A stretch of 64,000 nt of DNA from Candidatus Eiseniibacteriota bacterium (GCA_963783375.1 CAWANH010000029.1:608001-672000), one strand, 5' to 3'; shown: positions 40,590 through 51,296, counted from the stretch's first letter. Numbers and translations are program-made. The notes: generated from the letters alone by a model not told the origin.

Positions 40590-42077
40590 CTACTTCTTGT
40601 CCAGCTTGCCCACCAGGGACAGGGTGAAGAAGGCGCCCATGTACTTGAAGTGGGGGCGCACCTTCAACCCGACCTTGTACCAGCCGGGATCCCCTTCCAC
40701 GTCGTCCACCACGACCTCCGCCTCCCGCAACGGCCGGCGCCCCTTGGTGGCGGCGCTGGCGTTGTCCATCTCCGACACGTACTGCCGGATCCACAAATTG
40801 AGCTCACGGTTCAGATCGGACTTCTCCTTCCAGCTTCCGATGTTCTCCCGCTGGATGACCTTGATGTAGTGGGCCAGCCGGTTGACGATGAACATGTAGG
40901 GAAGCTGGGTCCCGAGCTTGTAGTTGGCCTCGGCGTCCTTCCCCTCCTTGCTGTTCCCGAAGAACTTCGGCTTCTGGCAGGAGTTCGCGGAGAAGAAGCA
41001 GGCGTTGTCGCTCCCCTTCCGCATGGTGAGGGGAATGAAGCCCTCCTCGGCCAGCTCGAACTCCCGACGCTCGGAGATCAGCACCTCGGTGGGGATCTTC
41101 TGCTCGGTGGTGCCCATCGCCTTGTAGGTGTGCACCGGAAGGTCCTCCACCGCGCCCCCGCTCTGGGGACCGATGATGTTGGGGCACCACCGGTACTTGG
41201 CGAAGCTGTCGGTCAGCCGGGAGGCGAAGGCGAAGACCGCGTTCCCCCACAGGTACTTGTCGTGGTTGCCCGCGACCTGCTCGTCGTAGTTGAACTCCTT
41301 GACCGGCACCGTCTCCTCGCCATAGGGGAGCCGCAGAAGGAACCGCGGCATGACCAACCCGACGCTCCGGGCGTCCTCCGACTCGCGGAAGGAGTTCCAT
41401 TTCGCGTAGGTCGGCGACTCGAAGATGGAGTGCATGTCCTTCAGGTTCGGGAGCTGGGTGATGTCGTCCACCCCGAAGAACTTGGGGCTGGCCGCGGCGA
41501 TGAACGGGGCGTGGGACATCGAGGCCACGCTGGCCGCGTACTGCAGCAGCTTCATGTCCTGGGGATGCGCCGAGAACTCGTAGTTGGCGATCATGGCCCC
41601 GATGGGCTCACCGCCGAACTGTCCGTACTCCGCGGTGTAGACCTGCTTGTAGAGGCCCGACTTCACCACCTCGGGGGAGTCCTCGAAGTCGTTCAGGAGA
41701 TCGTCCTTGGAGACGTTGAGGATCTGGATCTTCGTGTTCTCCCGGAAGTCGGTCCGGTCCACCAGCATCTTGAGGCCGCGCCAGGTGGATTCCACCTTCT
41801 GGACCTCGGGATGGTGGAGCACCTCGTCGATCTGGGAGCTCATCTTCTTGTCCAGCTCGGAGATGATCCCGTTGATCACCGACTGGTGGACCTTGGGGGT
41901 GGTGACGCCGGGGCGGACCAGTTCCTTGATGAAGGCCTCCAGCCCCCGCTTCGCCACCGCGTAGCTCTCGTCGCTGGGTTTCACCTTCGTGGTCAGGACG
42001 ATTTCATCGAGCAGCGAGCCGCCGGCCTCCTCGGCCTGACCGGACGCGGCCTGCGCTTGGTTTTCCATTTCAGACAT
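40590..42077 (-). CDS. tssC: T6SS contractile sheath large subunit (VipB)
   Basis: ESTWRGL, EYGQFGGEP, PRFLLRLPYG, YLWGNA, RLAHYIKV. Confidence 0.98.
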   Translation of the reverse strand: MSEMENQAQAASGQAEEAGGSLLDEIVLTTKVKPSDESYAVAKRGLEAFIKELVRPGVTTPKVHQSVINGIISELDKKMSSQIDEVLHHPEVQKVESTWRGLKMLVDRTDFRENTKIQILNVSKDDLLNDFEDSPEVVKSGLYKQVYTAEYGQFGGEPIGAMIANYEFSAHPQDMKLLQYAASVASMSHAPFIAAASPKFFGVDDITQLPNLKDMHSIFESPTYAKWNSFRESEDARSVGLVMPRFLLRLPYGEETVPVKEFNYDEQVAGNHDKYLWGNAVFAFASRLTDSFAKYRWCPNIIGPQSGGAVEDLPVHTYKAMGTTEQKIPTEVLISERREFELAEEGFIPLTMRKGSDNACFFSANSCQKPKFFGNSKEGKDAEANYKLGTQLPYMFIVNRLAHYIKVIQRENIGSWKEKSDLNRELNLWIRQYVSEMDNASAATKGRRPLREAEVVVDDVEGDPGWYKVGLKVRPHFKYMGAFFTLSLVGKLDKK

Positions 42078-42164
42078 TGTCGTTCCTCCCGGTCACGCCG
42101 GCCGGACCTTCGGCCGCGGCGACCCATTCCAGGGATTTCATCCTCCGGTAGCCTGTTCCGGCGG

Positions 42165-42725
42165 CTAGGCGCCGCTCTCGGGACTCGGGGGCTCTCCGCC
42201 GCCCTCCGGCGGCGCCGCCGCTTCCGGAGCCGGCGCACCGCCCTCGCCCAGGCCCAGCTCCTTCATGATCTTCTCCCGTTGGGTCGGATCCTGGAGCAGG
42301 GCCTCGATCTTCTTCCTGAACGCGGGGACGTTGGCCAGCGGACCCTTGAGCGCGGTGAGAGCCTCGCGGAGATCGAGGAGCTTGTTCAGCTCCGGGACCT
42401 GCCGCGCCACCGCCGCGGGCTCGAAGTCCTTGAGGGTCTTGAACTGGAGCTTCGCGCTCAGCTCCTCTCCCTCGCCGCCGGTCAGGGTATTGGGGACGTT
42501 GATGGCCACGCCGAGCTTCTGCTGCCCCATCACGTCGTTGAAATTGTCCTTGTCCACCGAGAGCGCCTTGCGTTCTTCCAGCGCCGTCTCGTCCTCCCGG
42601 TTGGTGAAATCTCCCAGGACCATGAGCTTGAGCGGAAGCTCGATCTCCGCCTGGGCCCCACCGGTGGCGGGCTTGTAGACGATGTTCACTCGCTCCTTGG
42701 GAGCTACCGATCCTTCCTTGGCCAT
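42165..42725 (-). CDS. tssB: T6SS contractile sheath small subunit (VipA)
   Basis: APKERVNIVY, ELPLKLMVLGDF, DFEPAAVARQVPEL. Confidence 0.98.
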   Translation of the reverse strand: MAKEGSVAPKERVNIVYKPATGGAQAEIELPLKLMVLGDFTNREDETALEERKALSVDKDNFNDVMGQQKLGVAINVPNTLTGGEGEELSAKLQFKTLKDFEPAAVARQVPELNKLLDLREALTALKGPLANVPAFRKKIEALLQDPTQREKIMKELGLGEGGAPAPEAAAPPEGGGEPPSPESGA

Positions 42726-42843
42726 GGTCCTCTCCTTGGCGTTGATGACAACGAGGGCGGCGCCGTCTCACGAGGCCGGAACCCTCCGGCCTCCCGGTCC
42801 CGCCGGGTCTCCGTCTCCGAACAACCGGGCGCGGCTTCGGGGA

Positions 42844-44415
42844 TCAACCCCTTCCGTCCGCGTCCAGGGCCGCCGGCACGTCGAGTCGATAGAGCCGGCT
42901 CAGGAGGTCGCGGTTTCGCTCCACGGCCTCGGGTCCGGTCCCCCGTCCCGCCTTGCGGCGACAGGCGAGCAGGGCCTTGAGAACCTCCGCCCCCAGCTCG
43001 GGGGCCCAGTCCTCGTAGGTGGTCCGGGCCAGCTCCCGGTCCAGGTTGTCGAGCAGCGCCTCGCCCGCCCCGGGCTGCCCGCGATCCAGACACAGCCGGG
43101 CCGTCTCGAGCTTCCACTGGACCCGCGCCCGGACGGTGCCGGCGCGGGCCGCTCCGTCTTCCAGGAGGCGGAGCGCTTCGGGAAGGCGCTTCTTCCCGGC
43201 GAGTTTCCGGGCCTCCTGGCGCGCCTCCTCGAACCCCTCCATCTCGGTCTCGTCCCCGGCGGAGACGCTCGCCGGAGCGGGCTCGGGCGCGCCCCCGCCT
43301 CCACCCAGGGCGCCGGCCACCCGCGTCTGGATCCAGGTCCGGGTGGCGTTGTCGGCCAGGGGCGTCCCGTCGGCGAAGCGAAGGTCCTTGAGCTCCGGCA
43401 GGCGCTTGAGCAGGAGGGCCAGCTCCTCGCACACCGCCTCGGCGGCCGGGACGAATTCCTCCCCCATTCCCTCCAGGGCGCTCACCGCGAATCGGTGGAG
43501 GTCCAGCCAGAAGATCCCGGTGGAAAGCTTGTCCTCGGCGCGGGTGAGCACGCCTTTGAACTCCCCGCGGCCGAGCGCCGCCTCGAGTTCGGCACCGAGA
43601 TCCCCGGGGGACGGAATCTGGGTCTGGCCCCCGGTGCTGGGCGGCGCACCGGCGACCCGGGCCCACACCATCTGCCGGGGCAGCCGATAGGCCAACGGGT
43701 TGGTCGGCTCGCTCTCCCGGAGCACCGCGGCCGTAGCCAGGGCCAGACGCCGGATCTCGGTCAGGGCCTTCTGGGCTTCGTCGGGTGAACTCACCGTCCC
43801 CACCGAGGAACCACCCCCCGACGCAGCCGGCGTTCCCCCGGCCGGCGTGGCGGGTTGGGGCGGAGGAGCCGCCCGCATCGCCGCCTCGTCGAGAGCCCGC
43901 CGAAGCTCGGACAGGAGCGTCCCCCCGTCCGGGACGCGCTCGGCCAGGAGCGCGCCGATCTCCTTCAACCGCTCCAGGCAGGTGGCGAGATCCTCCGGGC
44001 TTCCGCGCTTTGCTCCCGGGGCGGACACCTGCTTCGCGCCGCGCTCGCCCAACCACTCGATGGCCGCTACCCGGCCGCGCATGCGCTTCATCGGCGGGAA
44101 CAGGGTTTCCCAGAAGTTGCTCACCAGATCGCGAAGAATGGTAAGCCCGGCGACCAGGCCGGCGAAGCCGTCCCGCTCGTACAGGCCGACGCAGAGCCAG
44201 GCCGCCACGAGGAGATCCTTGGATCGCGTCTCCAGGATCGCCCCCGCTCCCTGGACCACGTCCCCCCATGCCACCTCGGGCAGGGTGGGGAGCTCCAGCT
44301 TCCGGATTTCCTGCTGAATGCTCTCGTATTCAGGATCGTCCCGCGCCGAATCTCCGGCGGGGGCGTCGTCTCGAATCGGTTTGGACCCGAGGTCCAGGAG
44401 CTCGGCTACGCTCAC
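42844..44415 (-). CDS. tssA: T6SS TssA (ImpA N-terminal + VasJ-like domain)
   Basis: PI..DAPAG, SKDLLVAAW, FWETLFPP, FWLDLHR, LRFADGTP. Confidence 0.93.
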   Translation of the reverse strand: MSVAELLDLGSKPIRDDAPAGDSARDDPEYESIQQEIRKLELPTLPEVAWGDVVQGAGAILETRSKDLLVAAWLCVGLYERDGFAGLVAGLTILRDLVSNFWETLFPPMKRMRGRVAAIEWLGERGAKQVSAPGAKRGSPEDLATCLERLKEIGALLAERVPDGGTLLSELRRALDEAAMRAAPPPQPATPAGGTPAASGGGSSVGTVSSPDEAQKALTEIRRLALATAAVLRESEPTNPLAYRLPRQMVWARVAGAPPSTGGQTQIPSPGDLGAELEAALGRGEFKGVLTRAEDKLSTGIFWLDLHRFAVSALEGMGEEFVPAAEAVCEELALLLKRLPELKDLRFADGTPLADNATRTWIQTRVAGALGGGGGAPEPAPASVSAGDETEMEGFEEARQEARKLAGKKRLPEALRLLEDGAARAGTVRARVQWKLETARLCLDRGQPGAGEALLDNLDRELARTTYEDWAPELGAEVLKALLACRRKAGRGTGPEAVERNRDLLSRLYRLDVPAALDADGRG

Positions 44416-44547
44416 AAATGCACTCGTTCCTTACCAGGCACCAGAAAAACCGAACCGTCCTGGGTGAGATCCGGGAGGCTCCGGCGGAAATAGGCGGCGC
44501 CCGGCCGGATCGGCTTCCGGAGTGATCCGGTCGGGTATGGCTCAGCG

Positions 44548-44590
44548 AGTCTAGAGGAGGTGGGGCCCGGATTCAAGCCCGGCATGAATC
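44548..44590 (-). promoter_or_regulatory. Sigma70-like promoter TTGAAT-17-TAGACT for the tssA-vgrG operon, with a palindrome over the -35
   Basis: Promoter 44548-44576; palindrome GATTCA-AGCCCGGCA-TGAATC at 44570-44590. Confidence 0.55.
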
Positions 44591-44658
44591 TCACGGTCGC
44601 CCCCCCTTCCGGACGGAGGCCGAACCGGGGGGCTCGCGTACAAATCGATCCACGCGAC

Positions 44659-45633
44659 TCACGAGCCCCCCCCCAGGAGGCCCAGCGCGTCACCGAGGGT
44701 GGCCCCGGGACGGCCCGAGAGCTCCACCACCGCCGCCGCCCAGGACCCGGCCGCCGGGCCGGGACGAGGAGGGTCCGCCTCGTCGAGGGGATACAAGGTG
44801 TCGCTGTCCAGATCCGGATCCACCAGGTGGAGAAAGGCGGTGGTCCCCGGCGGACGGAAGTAGAGATCGAGGGTTCCCGCGGCGTTCTCTCCGCCCGCCG
44901 ACCAGAAGAGCGCCCGGGGCGAAGCCAGGGCGCGGCCGGTCAGCTCCACCCAGAAGCGCACCCACCCCGCCGCCTCGGGACCGCGACCGGGAACCGGCGC
45001 GCGAAGCCCGTAGGCCGGGGTCCGCCCTTCTGCCGCCCCCACCCGGGTCGCCACCTCCAGGAGATTGGCTCCTACCCGGGAGAGGACCCGCGTCGGTCCG
45101 GATCCATCCGGTCCGGACCAGCTCCCCATCGCGGGCCAGGAGGGCGTCTCTCCGGCCGTCGCCGGGAGAGCGGCGGGAAGCCCGGCCACCGCCTCGGCCA
45201 CCGGTTTGAGGGGCGCGGGGCCGGGCACGTCGCTCAACTCCAGGAGCCGGAGCGCCTCGCTCTCCGCCCGATCCAGAAACGGGACCAGCCCGGCGAGATG
45301 CGTCGCCGGACCCGTGGTTCCCCCGGCCTGGAAGCCGGTGAAGAGAACGAAGGGAAATTTCCGGCCGCTCCGGTCTCGGCCCGCCACCATGACCCCGGCC
45401 AAGCTCTCCCCTTCCCCGCCGGGGGTGAGGAGGAACCGCCAGGCCGGCATCCGGGGGAAGCTCGCGTCCCAGGCGCCCCCCAGCCGGGCGTGGCCCAATC
45501 CCACCCCTTCCTGGAGCCATTCGGTGAAGCCGCGCACCCCGGGGCCGCCCGCGTTCACCGACACGAAATCGGCGGCCAGGGGGAGCTTCCCGAACGCGCC
45601 GGGGCGGGGATCGGGAACGGGTCCGCTCACCAC
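44659..45633 (-). CDS. tagF: T6SS-associated TagF
   Basis: FGKLP..ADF, WRF, DRSGRKFPF; directly downstream of tssM. Confidence 0.88.
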   Translation of the reverse strand: MVSGPVPDPRPGAFGKLPLAADFVSVNAGGPGVRGFTEWLQEGVGLGHARLGGAWDASFPRMPAWRFLLTPGGEGESLAGVMVAGRDRSGRKFPFVLFTGFQAGGTTGPATHLAGLVPFLDRAESEALRLLELSDVPGPAPLKPVAEAVAGLPAALPATAGETPSWPAMGSWSGPDGSGPTRVLSRVGANLLEVATRVGAAEGRTPAYGLRAPVPGRGPEAAGWVRFWVELTGRALASPRALFWSAGGENAAGTLDLYFRPPGTTAFLHLVDPDLDSDTLYPLDEADPPRPGPAAGSWAAAVVELSGRPGATLGDALGLLGGGS

Positions 45634-45640
45634 GTCCCCG

Positions 45641-48600
45641 TCATCGCCGCGCCGCCACGATATGGGAGGGAAGGCTGAAGCGGAAGAACCCGTTGGAGAG
45701 CGGATGAATCGAGGAGAGACCGCTCACGTTCATGGTCACCGTCACCGGGGACGGCTGGGCGTTGAGGGTCCAGGCAAGGGTGACCTGGTTCGATCCGCCG
45801 GCCTGGATCCGGCCCTGGTCGAGGAGATGGAAGAATCCCCAGGCCCCGGAGAAGCTCAGGGACGGGATCACCGCGGTGTCTCCGGCGTCCAGGCGCAGGT
45901 CGGCCCCGTTCTCGGGATTCGGACCCGGCCAGGTCATGGGGGTCCAGGTGCGCTGACCCATCTGATAGATGAGGGACTGCCCGCCGAGGTCCAGGCGCAC
46001 CCCGCGCATGACGATGGAGCTTTCGCGCTGCACCTGGTCGGGCTGGATGGAGAACCCGAAGCCCGCCTTCTTTCCCCCGTCCGGGAACATCCCGCGACGG
46101 ATCCGGTAGGCGGTTCGCAGACAGTCCAGGAACGCCGGGGACAGGTGGACCCTGGGGTTGGGAAGCTCGTGTCCGTCCTCGGAGACCAAACCGGAGAGCG
46201 ATTCCTGGTAGAATGTCCAGAAGGTACCGTTCGGCCCGAAGAACTGCTCGAAGTCGGCCAGGGAACAGTCCGCGCCGCCGGAGGCCAGGGGAAAGCGACC
46301 GGCCAGGGTGGACTGGTAGTCGCGGAGCACCCGGCTCCAGTTGCTCTGGACGTCGCGTCCCGCCTCGGCTCCCACCGAACCGGTGACCAGGCGCGCGGGG
46401 AGCTTCAGCACCCGGGCCATCTCCTGGGACGCGGGGCTGGTCTCGGTGTTCGGGATGCGCGTATCCACCCAGCTCACCAGCCCGAGCACCGGTTCGCTCT
46501 GGGCGGGGTCGCCGCCCGAGGCGACGGCGGCGTACCCGTTGGCCAGGGCCTTCACCTTGTCGATGTAGTCGAGGTACGGAGCCTGGCCGCCGGAGTCGCC
46601 TCCGTGGAGGAACTTGAACGGCCCACCGCCCCCGGGAGCGCGGAAGAACTCGTGGAGGGCGCCGAATTCGGTTTCCACCGCGATGAGCCCCGGGGCGGAC
46701 TCCTGGTCGAACCGCGTGTTCTGGTCGACCGCCCGGAGCACCTTGAGCACCGGCCCGCTCTCGCCGGCGGCGCGCTCGAGGAAGGAGCGGGTGGCCTCGG
46801 GGTCGGCCCCCGGCTCCACCCGGATCGCGGCCATGAAGTCCTGCCAGTGCGCGCCGTAGTCCCGGCCGTACCGGGTGAGCACCGCTTCCCGGATGCCGGG
46901 AGGGGTGCCGTTCCAGCACTCGCGAAGCACCCAGTCTCCGCGCACGGTCTCCAGCCAGTCCATGTAGTCGGTGACCGGACCCTTCCATCCGTCCTCGGTG
47001 TAGGCGCCGGGGACGGCCACGTCCCCGTACACCCCGACGTCCGCGCCCAGGATGCCCCCCACGGTGATCGACGGGACGGCAGCGCCGGCCTCGCCCACCC
47101 CGGAGTAGACCCCGTCCGCCGACCAGTAACGCTGGATGGCCCGGCGGGACACGTTCTCCACGTGCTCGTCCCGGTAGGGCGCGGGGGGGAAGAGATCGGC
47201 CAGGATCTCCGGGTACCGGGCGGCGTAGGCGATCTGCTTGACGAAGAGCCGGTCGAAATCCTCGCGGTCTTTTCCGTCGGGCACCCCGGTCACCGGAGCC
47301 CAGTAGCCGGAGAGCTGGGCGGCCACCGGCTCGGCGTCGGCCGGGTCCAAACGCGCCGCCGGATCCTGGAGAATGCGCCAGGTCCGGTACCAGCCGTAGT
47401 ACCGGGGAAAGGTCACCCCGAGGCTGTCCGCGTGCTGGACCAGGTTCCGGGCCAGGTAGGGCTGGACCGGCGCCATCACCGCGTCGTGGAGCGAGGCCAG
47501 GTAGAGCCGTCTCGCCGCCTCGGCCGCCTTCTCCCCCTGATAGGTGCCGAGGAGAACCGCCTTGGTCACCGGCCGGCCCCGGTCGTCCATGGCCTCGAGC
47601 TTGGAGCGGAGCGACTCCAGGGTGTGGAGATCGTCCACGGTGAAGTCGAGCGATCCACGCTGCGCCGAGGCCGCCGCGCGATCGCTCAGGGACTGCACCT
47701 GGTGGAGGAGGCGCCGGTTGCCGGCGGAGAGCACCACCAGGGCCACGGTCAGGAGCGCCAGCCCCACGCAGCCCGCGGCGAACACCTTGGCCCGGCGGGA
47801 CCGCCGCCGGCGCTCCCCTTCCGCCGAGGGCCCGGCCACGTAGCGGTCGGGGAACACCACCTTGGAGAACGCGTTCTCGATGAAGTAGCTCTTGGTCTGG
47901 CTGGGCGCGACGGTCATCCCCTCCTCGGAGGCGGCGATCCCGAAGCCCCGGAGCATGGCGTTGATGACCTGATCGATGGGCCGCCCTTCCTGGGTGCCGC
48001 TGGTGAAGTAGAACCCCCGGAAGATCGGACGTTCGTGGTACGGGTTCTCGCGGAACAGGATCTCCACGAACGTGGCCAGACGCTCGGTCAGGGCATGGAA
48101 CTGAAGGGGGAAGAACAGGATCTCCGGACGGCTCTCCGGGTTGGCCGCCTCGGCGGTGCGCGGCACCCGCGCCTGTCGGAGCGCCCCGGTGAGCTTTTCC
48201 ATCTCCGCCCGGAAGATGCCCTCGGCCGGCTCCCGCGCGAACCGCTCCCGGGCGATGGTGGCCCCCCACACCGCCGCCCGCTCGGTCTTGGAGAGGTCCC
48301 CGAAGAACTCCACGAACCCGCGGATGAGATCGCACTTCGTGAACACCACGTAGATCGGGAAGCTGATCCCCAGGCGCTGGATGAGTTCGTCCACCCGGGC
48401 GCGGATCTTCTGGGCGTGGCTCTCGACGTCCTCCTCGCCGCCCATGACCAGGTCCTGGATGGACACCCCCACGATGAGGCCGTTGATGGGCTTCTTCCCC
48501 CGGTGCTTGCGGAGGAGATCGAGGAAGGCCAGCCACTCCTGGGTGTCGTCGGCCTCCACCGGAAGCACGTAGCGTCCGGCGGTGTCGAGGATCACCGCCT

Positions 48601-49132
48601 CGTCGGCGAACCACCAGTCGCAGTTCCGGGTCCCTCCCACCCCGCGCACCGAGGGGCGGTTCCGGCCGGGATCGAGGTAGGGGAAGTTGAGCCCGGAGTT
48701 GGCCAGCACGGTGGTCTTGCCCGACGCCGGCGGGCCGATGATCATGTACCAGGGGAGCACGTAGAGGGCGCCCGCGCCGCCCTTCGACTTCCCCATGCGG
48801 GAACTCTTGAGCGCCTGCACCGCCTCCAGGAGCTGGGTCCGGAGGTGGTCGATCTCCTCCTCCCGGCCGGGACGGCTGGAGACCAGCTGGGACTGGGCCT
48901 GATCCTCCAGCGATTTCTCCAGCGCCGCCCCCGCCCGCTGGGCCCTGAGCCGGAGCAGGAACATGACGATGAGCCAGAGGAAGAGAACGGCCAGGATGCC
49001 CAGGGCCAACCACGGTCCACGGATGCCGAACTGCGGGCCGACCCAGACCAGGATGAGGATGAGGCCCGCGGCGCCGCCGGTCATCAGCGATCCCGGACGG
49101 AGGAGGCGGGACAAGAGGCTCATGAACATCAT
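45641..49132 (-). CDS. tssM: T6SS membrane complex TssM/IcmF
   Basis: LPWYMIIGPPASGKTT, CDWWF, LDTAGRY, RGFYFTSGTQEG, FFGPNG. Confidence 0.96.
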   Translation of the reverse strand: MMFMSLLSRLLRPGSLMTGGAAGLILILVWVGPQFGIRGPWLALGILAVLFLWLIVMFLLRLRAQRAGAALEKSLEDQAQSQLVSSRPGREEEIDHLRTQLLEAVQALKSSRMGKSKGGAGALYVLPWYMIIGPPASGKTTVLANSGLNFPYLDPGRNRPSVRGVGGTRNCDWWFADEAVILDTAGRYVLPVEADDTQEWLAFLDLLRKHRGKKPINGLIVGVSIQDLVMGGEEDVESHAQKIRARVDELIQRLGISFPIYVVFTKCDLIRGFVEFFGDLSKTERAAVWGATIARERFAREPAEGIFRAEMEKLTGALRQARVPRTAEAANPESRPEILFFPLQFHALTERLATFVEILFRENPYHERPIFRGFYFTSGTQEGRPIDQVINAMLRGFGIAASEEGMTVAPSQTKSYFIENAFSKVVFPDRYVAGPSAEGERRRRSRRAKVFAAGCVGLALLTVALVVLSAGNRRLLHQVQSLSDRAAASAQRGSLDFTVDDLHTLESLRSKLEAMDDRGRPVTKAVLLGTYQGEKAAEAARRLYLASLHDAVMAPVQPYLARNLVQHADSLGVTFPRYYGWYRTWRILQDPAARLDPADAEPVAAQLSGYWAPVTGVPDGKDREDFDRLFVKQIAYAARYPEILADLFPPAPYRDEHVENVSRRAIQRYWSADGVYSGVGEAGAAVPSITVGGILGADVGVYGDVAVPGAYTEDGWKGPVTDYMDWLETVRGDWVLRECWNGTPPGIREAVLTRYGRDYGAHWQDFMAAIRVEPGADPEATRSFLERAAGESGPVLKVLRAVDQNTRFDQESAPGLIAVETEFGALHEFFRAPGGGGPFKFLHGGDSGGQAPYLDYIDKVKALANGYAAVASGGDPAQSEPVLGLVSWVDTRIPNTETSPASQEMARVLKLPARLVTGSVGAEAGRDVQSNWSRVLRDYQSTLAGRFPLASGGADCSLADFEQFFGPNGTFWTFYQESLSGLVSEDGHELPNPRVHLSPAFLDCLRTAYRIRRGMFPDGGKKAGFGFSIQPDQVQRESSIVMRGVRLDLGGQSLIYQMGQRTWTPMTWPGPNPENGADLRLDAGDTAVIPSLSFSGAWGFFHLLDQGRIQAGGSNQVTLAWTLNAQPSPVTVTMNVSGLSSIHPLSNGFFRFSLPSHIVAARR

Positions 49133-49148
49133 GTCGATGACTCCCCGG

Positions 49149-49916
49149 TCACCGGCCCATCCCGGCCATGAACTGGCGGATGGAATCGGCGGTGTTGCCG
49201 GCCGCCCCGTGGGCGAATAGCGCGAAAACCAGGATCAACAGGAGGGCGCCGGGCACGAAGAACGCCGCGGTCACCCACATCGGCACCCCTTCCCCCACCG
49301 CCTCGGAGAAGTCGTCGGGGCGCTTGCCGTGGGGAGAGAGCCCCTCCACGCTCCACCCCTGGCCCCGGGCCAGTTCCCGGGAGAGCTCGCCGATCAGGAC
49401 TTCCAGCTTCTCGCGGCCGAAGAGCTTGAATCGCCCCTCGAACCCCAGGGCGAGACAGTCGTAGTAGATCTCGAGCACCTCGCGGTTCTCGTCCAGGTTC
49501 TGCCGGAGCCGCTCCAGACGGTTGAAGAATTCCTCTCCCGCCACGTTGATCTTGAGGAGCTCGAGCTGGAGCGGGGTCACTCTCCAGGTGTCCTTCCCCG
49601 GCCAGGCGGAGTTCAGGACCGCCTCATCGAAGAGGGCGACCAGGGCGAACCGGGCCTCCTCCACCGCGACCGAGGAGACCCCGGCCTTGCGGGCATCCTC
49701 CTCCATCTTCTCCACCATTTTCACCACGCGCTTGCGGAACTCGGCGGGGTCGCCCAGATCCACCGCCGAACGGAGGGAAAGCACCAGGGAGAAGAGATCG
49801 GCGGCGGCTCCGCCGAGGGAGGTCACCTTGTCCGAGGCGGGCGGCGGGGCCGCCCGCGAAGGGACCGGCGTCGCGCCGGGATTTCGGTTCGCGGATTTCG
49901 AGAACGGGAGTTTCAT
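49149..49916 (-). CDS. tssL: T6SS TssL/DotU (no OmpA domain)
   Basis: ALFDEAVL, AGEEFF, CLALGFEGRF, single C-terminal TM. Confidence 0.94.
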   Translation of the reverse strand: MKLPFSKSANRNPGATPVPSRAAPPPASDKVTSLGGAAADLFSLVLSLRSAVDLGDPAEFRKRVVKMVEKMEEDARKAGVSSVAVEEARFALVALFDEAVLNSAWPGKDTWRVTPLQLELLKINVAGEEFFNRLERLRQNLDENREVLEIYYDCLALGFEGRFKLFGREKLEVLIGELSRELARGQGWSVEGLSPHGKRPDDFSEAVGEGVPMWVTAAFFVPGALLLILVFALFAHGAAGNTADSIRQFMAGMGR

Positions 49917-49921
49917 GGTTT

Positions 49922-51274
49922 TCAATCGTTGAGCGCGATGAGCTCGAGCTGGATGTTGGGGAATTCGGGTGGAGCGTAGAGGGCGATGGCATGGGACCCG
50001 GCCACCAGGTCCCACACGTCCCCCGATTTCTCCACCTGGAAGTAGACGTATCCGGCCTGCACCGGGAGCGAGGCGGGGGCGGTCTGCACGTGACGCACCG
50101 ACACTCCGGTCAGCGCGTTCGAGATCAGGAACTCGATCCGGTCCGGGGTGGCGATCTTGATCTTCTGGGGAAGGCTGGTCTGGATCTCGCCGGTGGGCAT
50201 GGAGGCATAGACCCCCAGGTAGAACCCGACCTTGGGGGCGAGCAGGCGGTCGTCCTCCAACCGCCCGGCGAAGACCTCGTTGGCTCCCTTCTCCAGCGGG
50301 ATGCGGGTGTAGTGCCGCGGCAGCACCGTCTCCATGAGCTTGGGAATGCGGGTCCCGAGATCGGCGAAGGCGGCCTCGGGACGCTCGTGCTCGTAGACCG
50401 CGATGTCCCGGACGTCCTTGTCGCTCATGGTGGTCAACGTGCCGGCCAGCCGGGCCAGGGAGGTGTAGACGCGCTCGGGATGGGCCACCGCTCCGCGCAG
50501 ATAATGGGAGATCTCGGGAATGGCCGCGTTCACCACCCCCAGGAGCCAGAACCCGGCCACGTCGTCCCGGCCGAACTCGGCCACCCCCTTCCCGCTGTGG
50601 CGGCGCCGCTCGGAGAGCTCGCGGGACTTGGCCACCAGGAGTTCCAGGAGCCTCCGCAGGGTGCGAAGAACCGCGTCCGAGGCCCCGATGCTCAGGCAGG
50701 GGGGAACGTGGTCCTCGCGGTAGGCGAACCCCCCCTCGGGCTTCCGCACCACCTCTGCGATGGGAAGGTGGTCGTAGTTCCCCAGGGTCTCCCCCGGGAG
50801 GAGAAGCCGGAAGTTGCGGTGCGAGACGACGATCTCCCGCTCGTTCTCTCCGCTGGTCTCGTCCATCGCCCGCAGGGTGGCCTCCCGGTACCGGGTCTCG
50901 GCCCGGTCGCCGTCGCCGGCGCCGGCCACCTCGCGCTCCCCCGGCCGGTGGATGCGAAGTCCCAGGTAGAGCGGCAGCCGGCTCTCGCTCAACGGGAAGC
51001 GATCCTCGATGTTCAGGCCGGGAGGGGCTTCATCCCGATCGGGGATGGAGAAGGCGCCCCCCAGGGGAAGCACCCCCGCGGCCGAATGGACGACCACCTG
51101 GCCGTTGTGGATGGCGTCCCGGTCGAGCTCGAGAGAGGTCAACCCCCACCCGAAGGGACGGGCGGAGCGGAAAAGCTCCACCGCGGTCTCCTCGTGGTAC
51201 CGATCGAGATGCTGGAGGTGTTGGGGAGTGAGGAGCAGGCCCTCGTTCCACACCAGACGGGTGCGTTTGCTCAT
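49922..51274 (-). CDS. tssK: T6SS baseplate TssK
   Basis: WNEGLLLTPQHLQ, PPCL, HPE, KIA, YFQ. Confidence 0.95.
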   Translation of the reverse strand: MSKRTRLVWNEGLLLTPQHLQHLDRYHEETAVELFRSARPFGWGLTSLELDRDAIHNGQVVVHSAAGVLPLGGAFSIPDRDEAPPGLNIEDRFPLSESRLPLYLGLRIHRPGEREVAGAGDGDRAETRYREATLRAMDETSGENEREIVVSHRNFRLLLPGETLGNYDHLPIAEVVRKPEGGFAYREDHVPPCLSIGASDAVLRTLRRLLELLVAKSRELSERRRHSGKGVAEFGRDDVAGFWLLGVVNAAIPEISHYLRGAVAHPERVYTSLARLAGTLTTMSDKDVRDIAVYEHERPEAAFADLGTRIPKLMETVLPRHYTRIPLEKGANEVFAGRLEDDRLLAPKVGFYLGVYASMPTGEIQTSLPQKIKIATPDRIEFLISNALTGVSVRHVQTAPASLPVQAGYVYFQVEKSGDVWDLVAGSHAIALYAPPEFPNIQLELIALND

Positions 51275-51296
51275 CGTGCCCGGGTCCTTCCGGCGG

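Noticed and set aside
45065-49171. 1368-aa plus-strand ORF and similar long antisense ORFs (e.g. 34053-36845, 40650-42980, 20770-23346)
   Set aside because: Shadow frames of real genes in high-GC DNA; no motifs and skewed Arg/Gly/Pro/His composition
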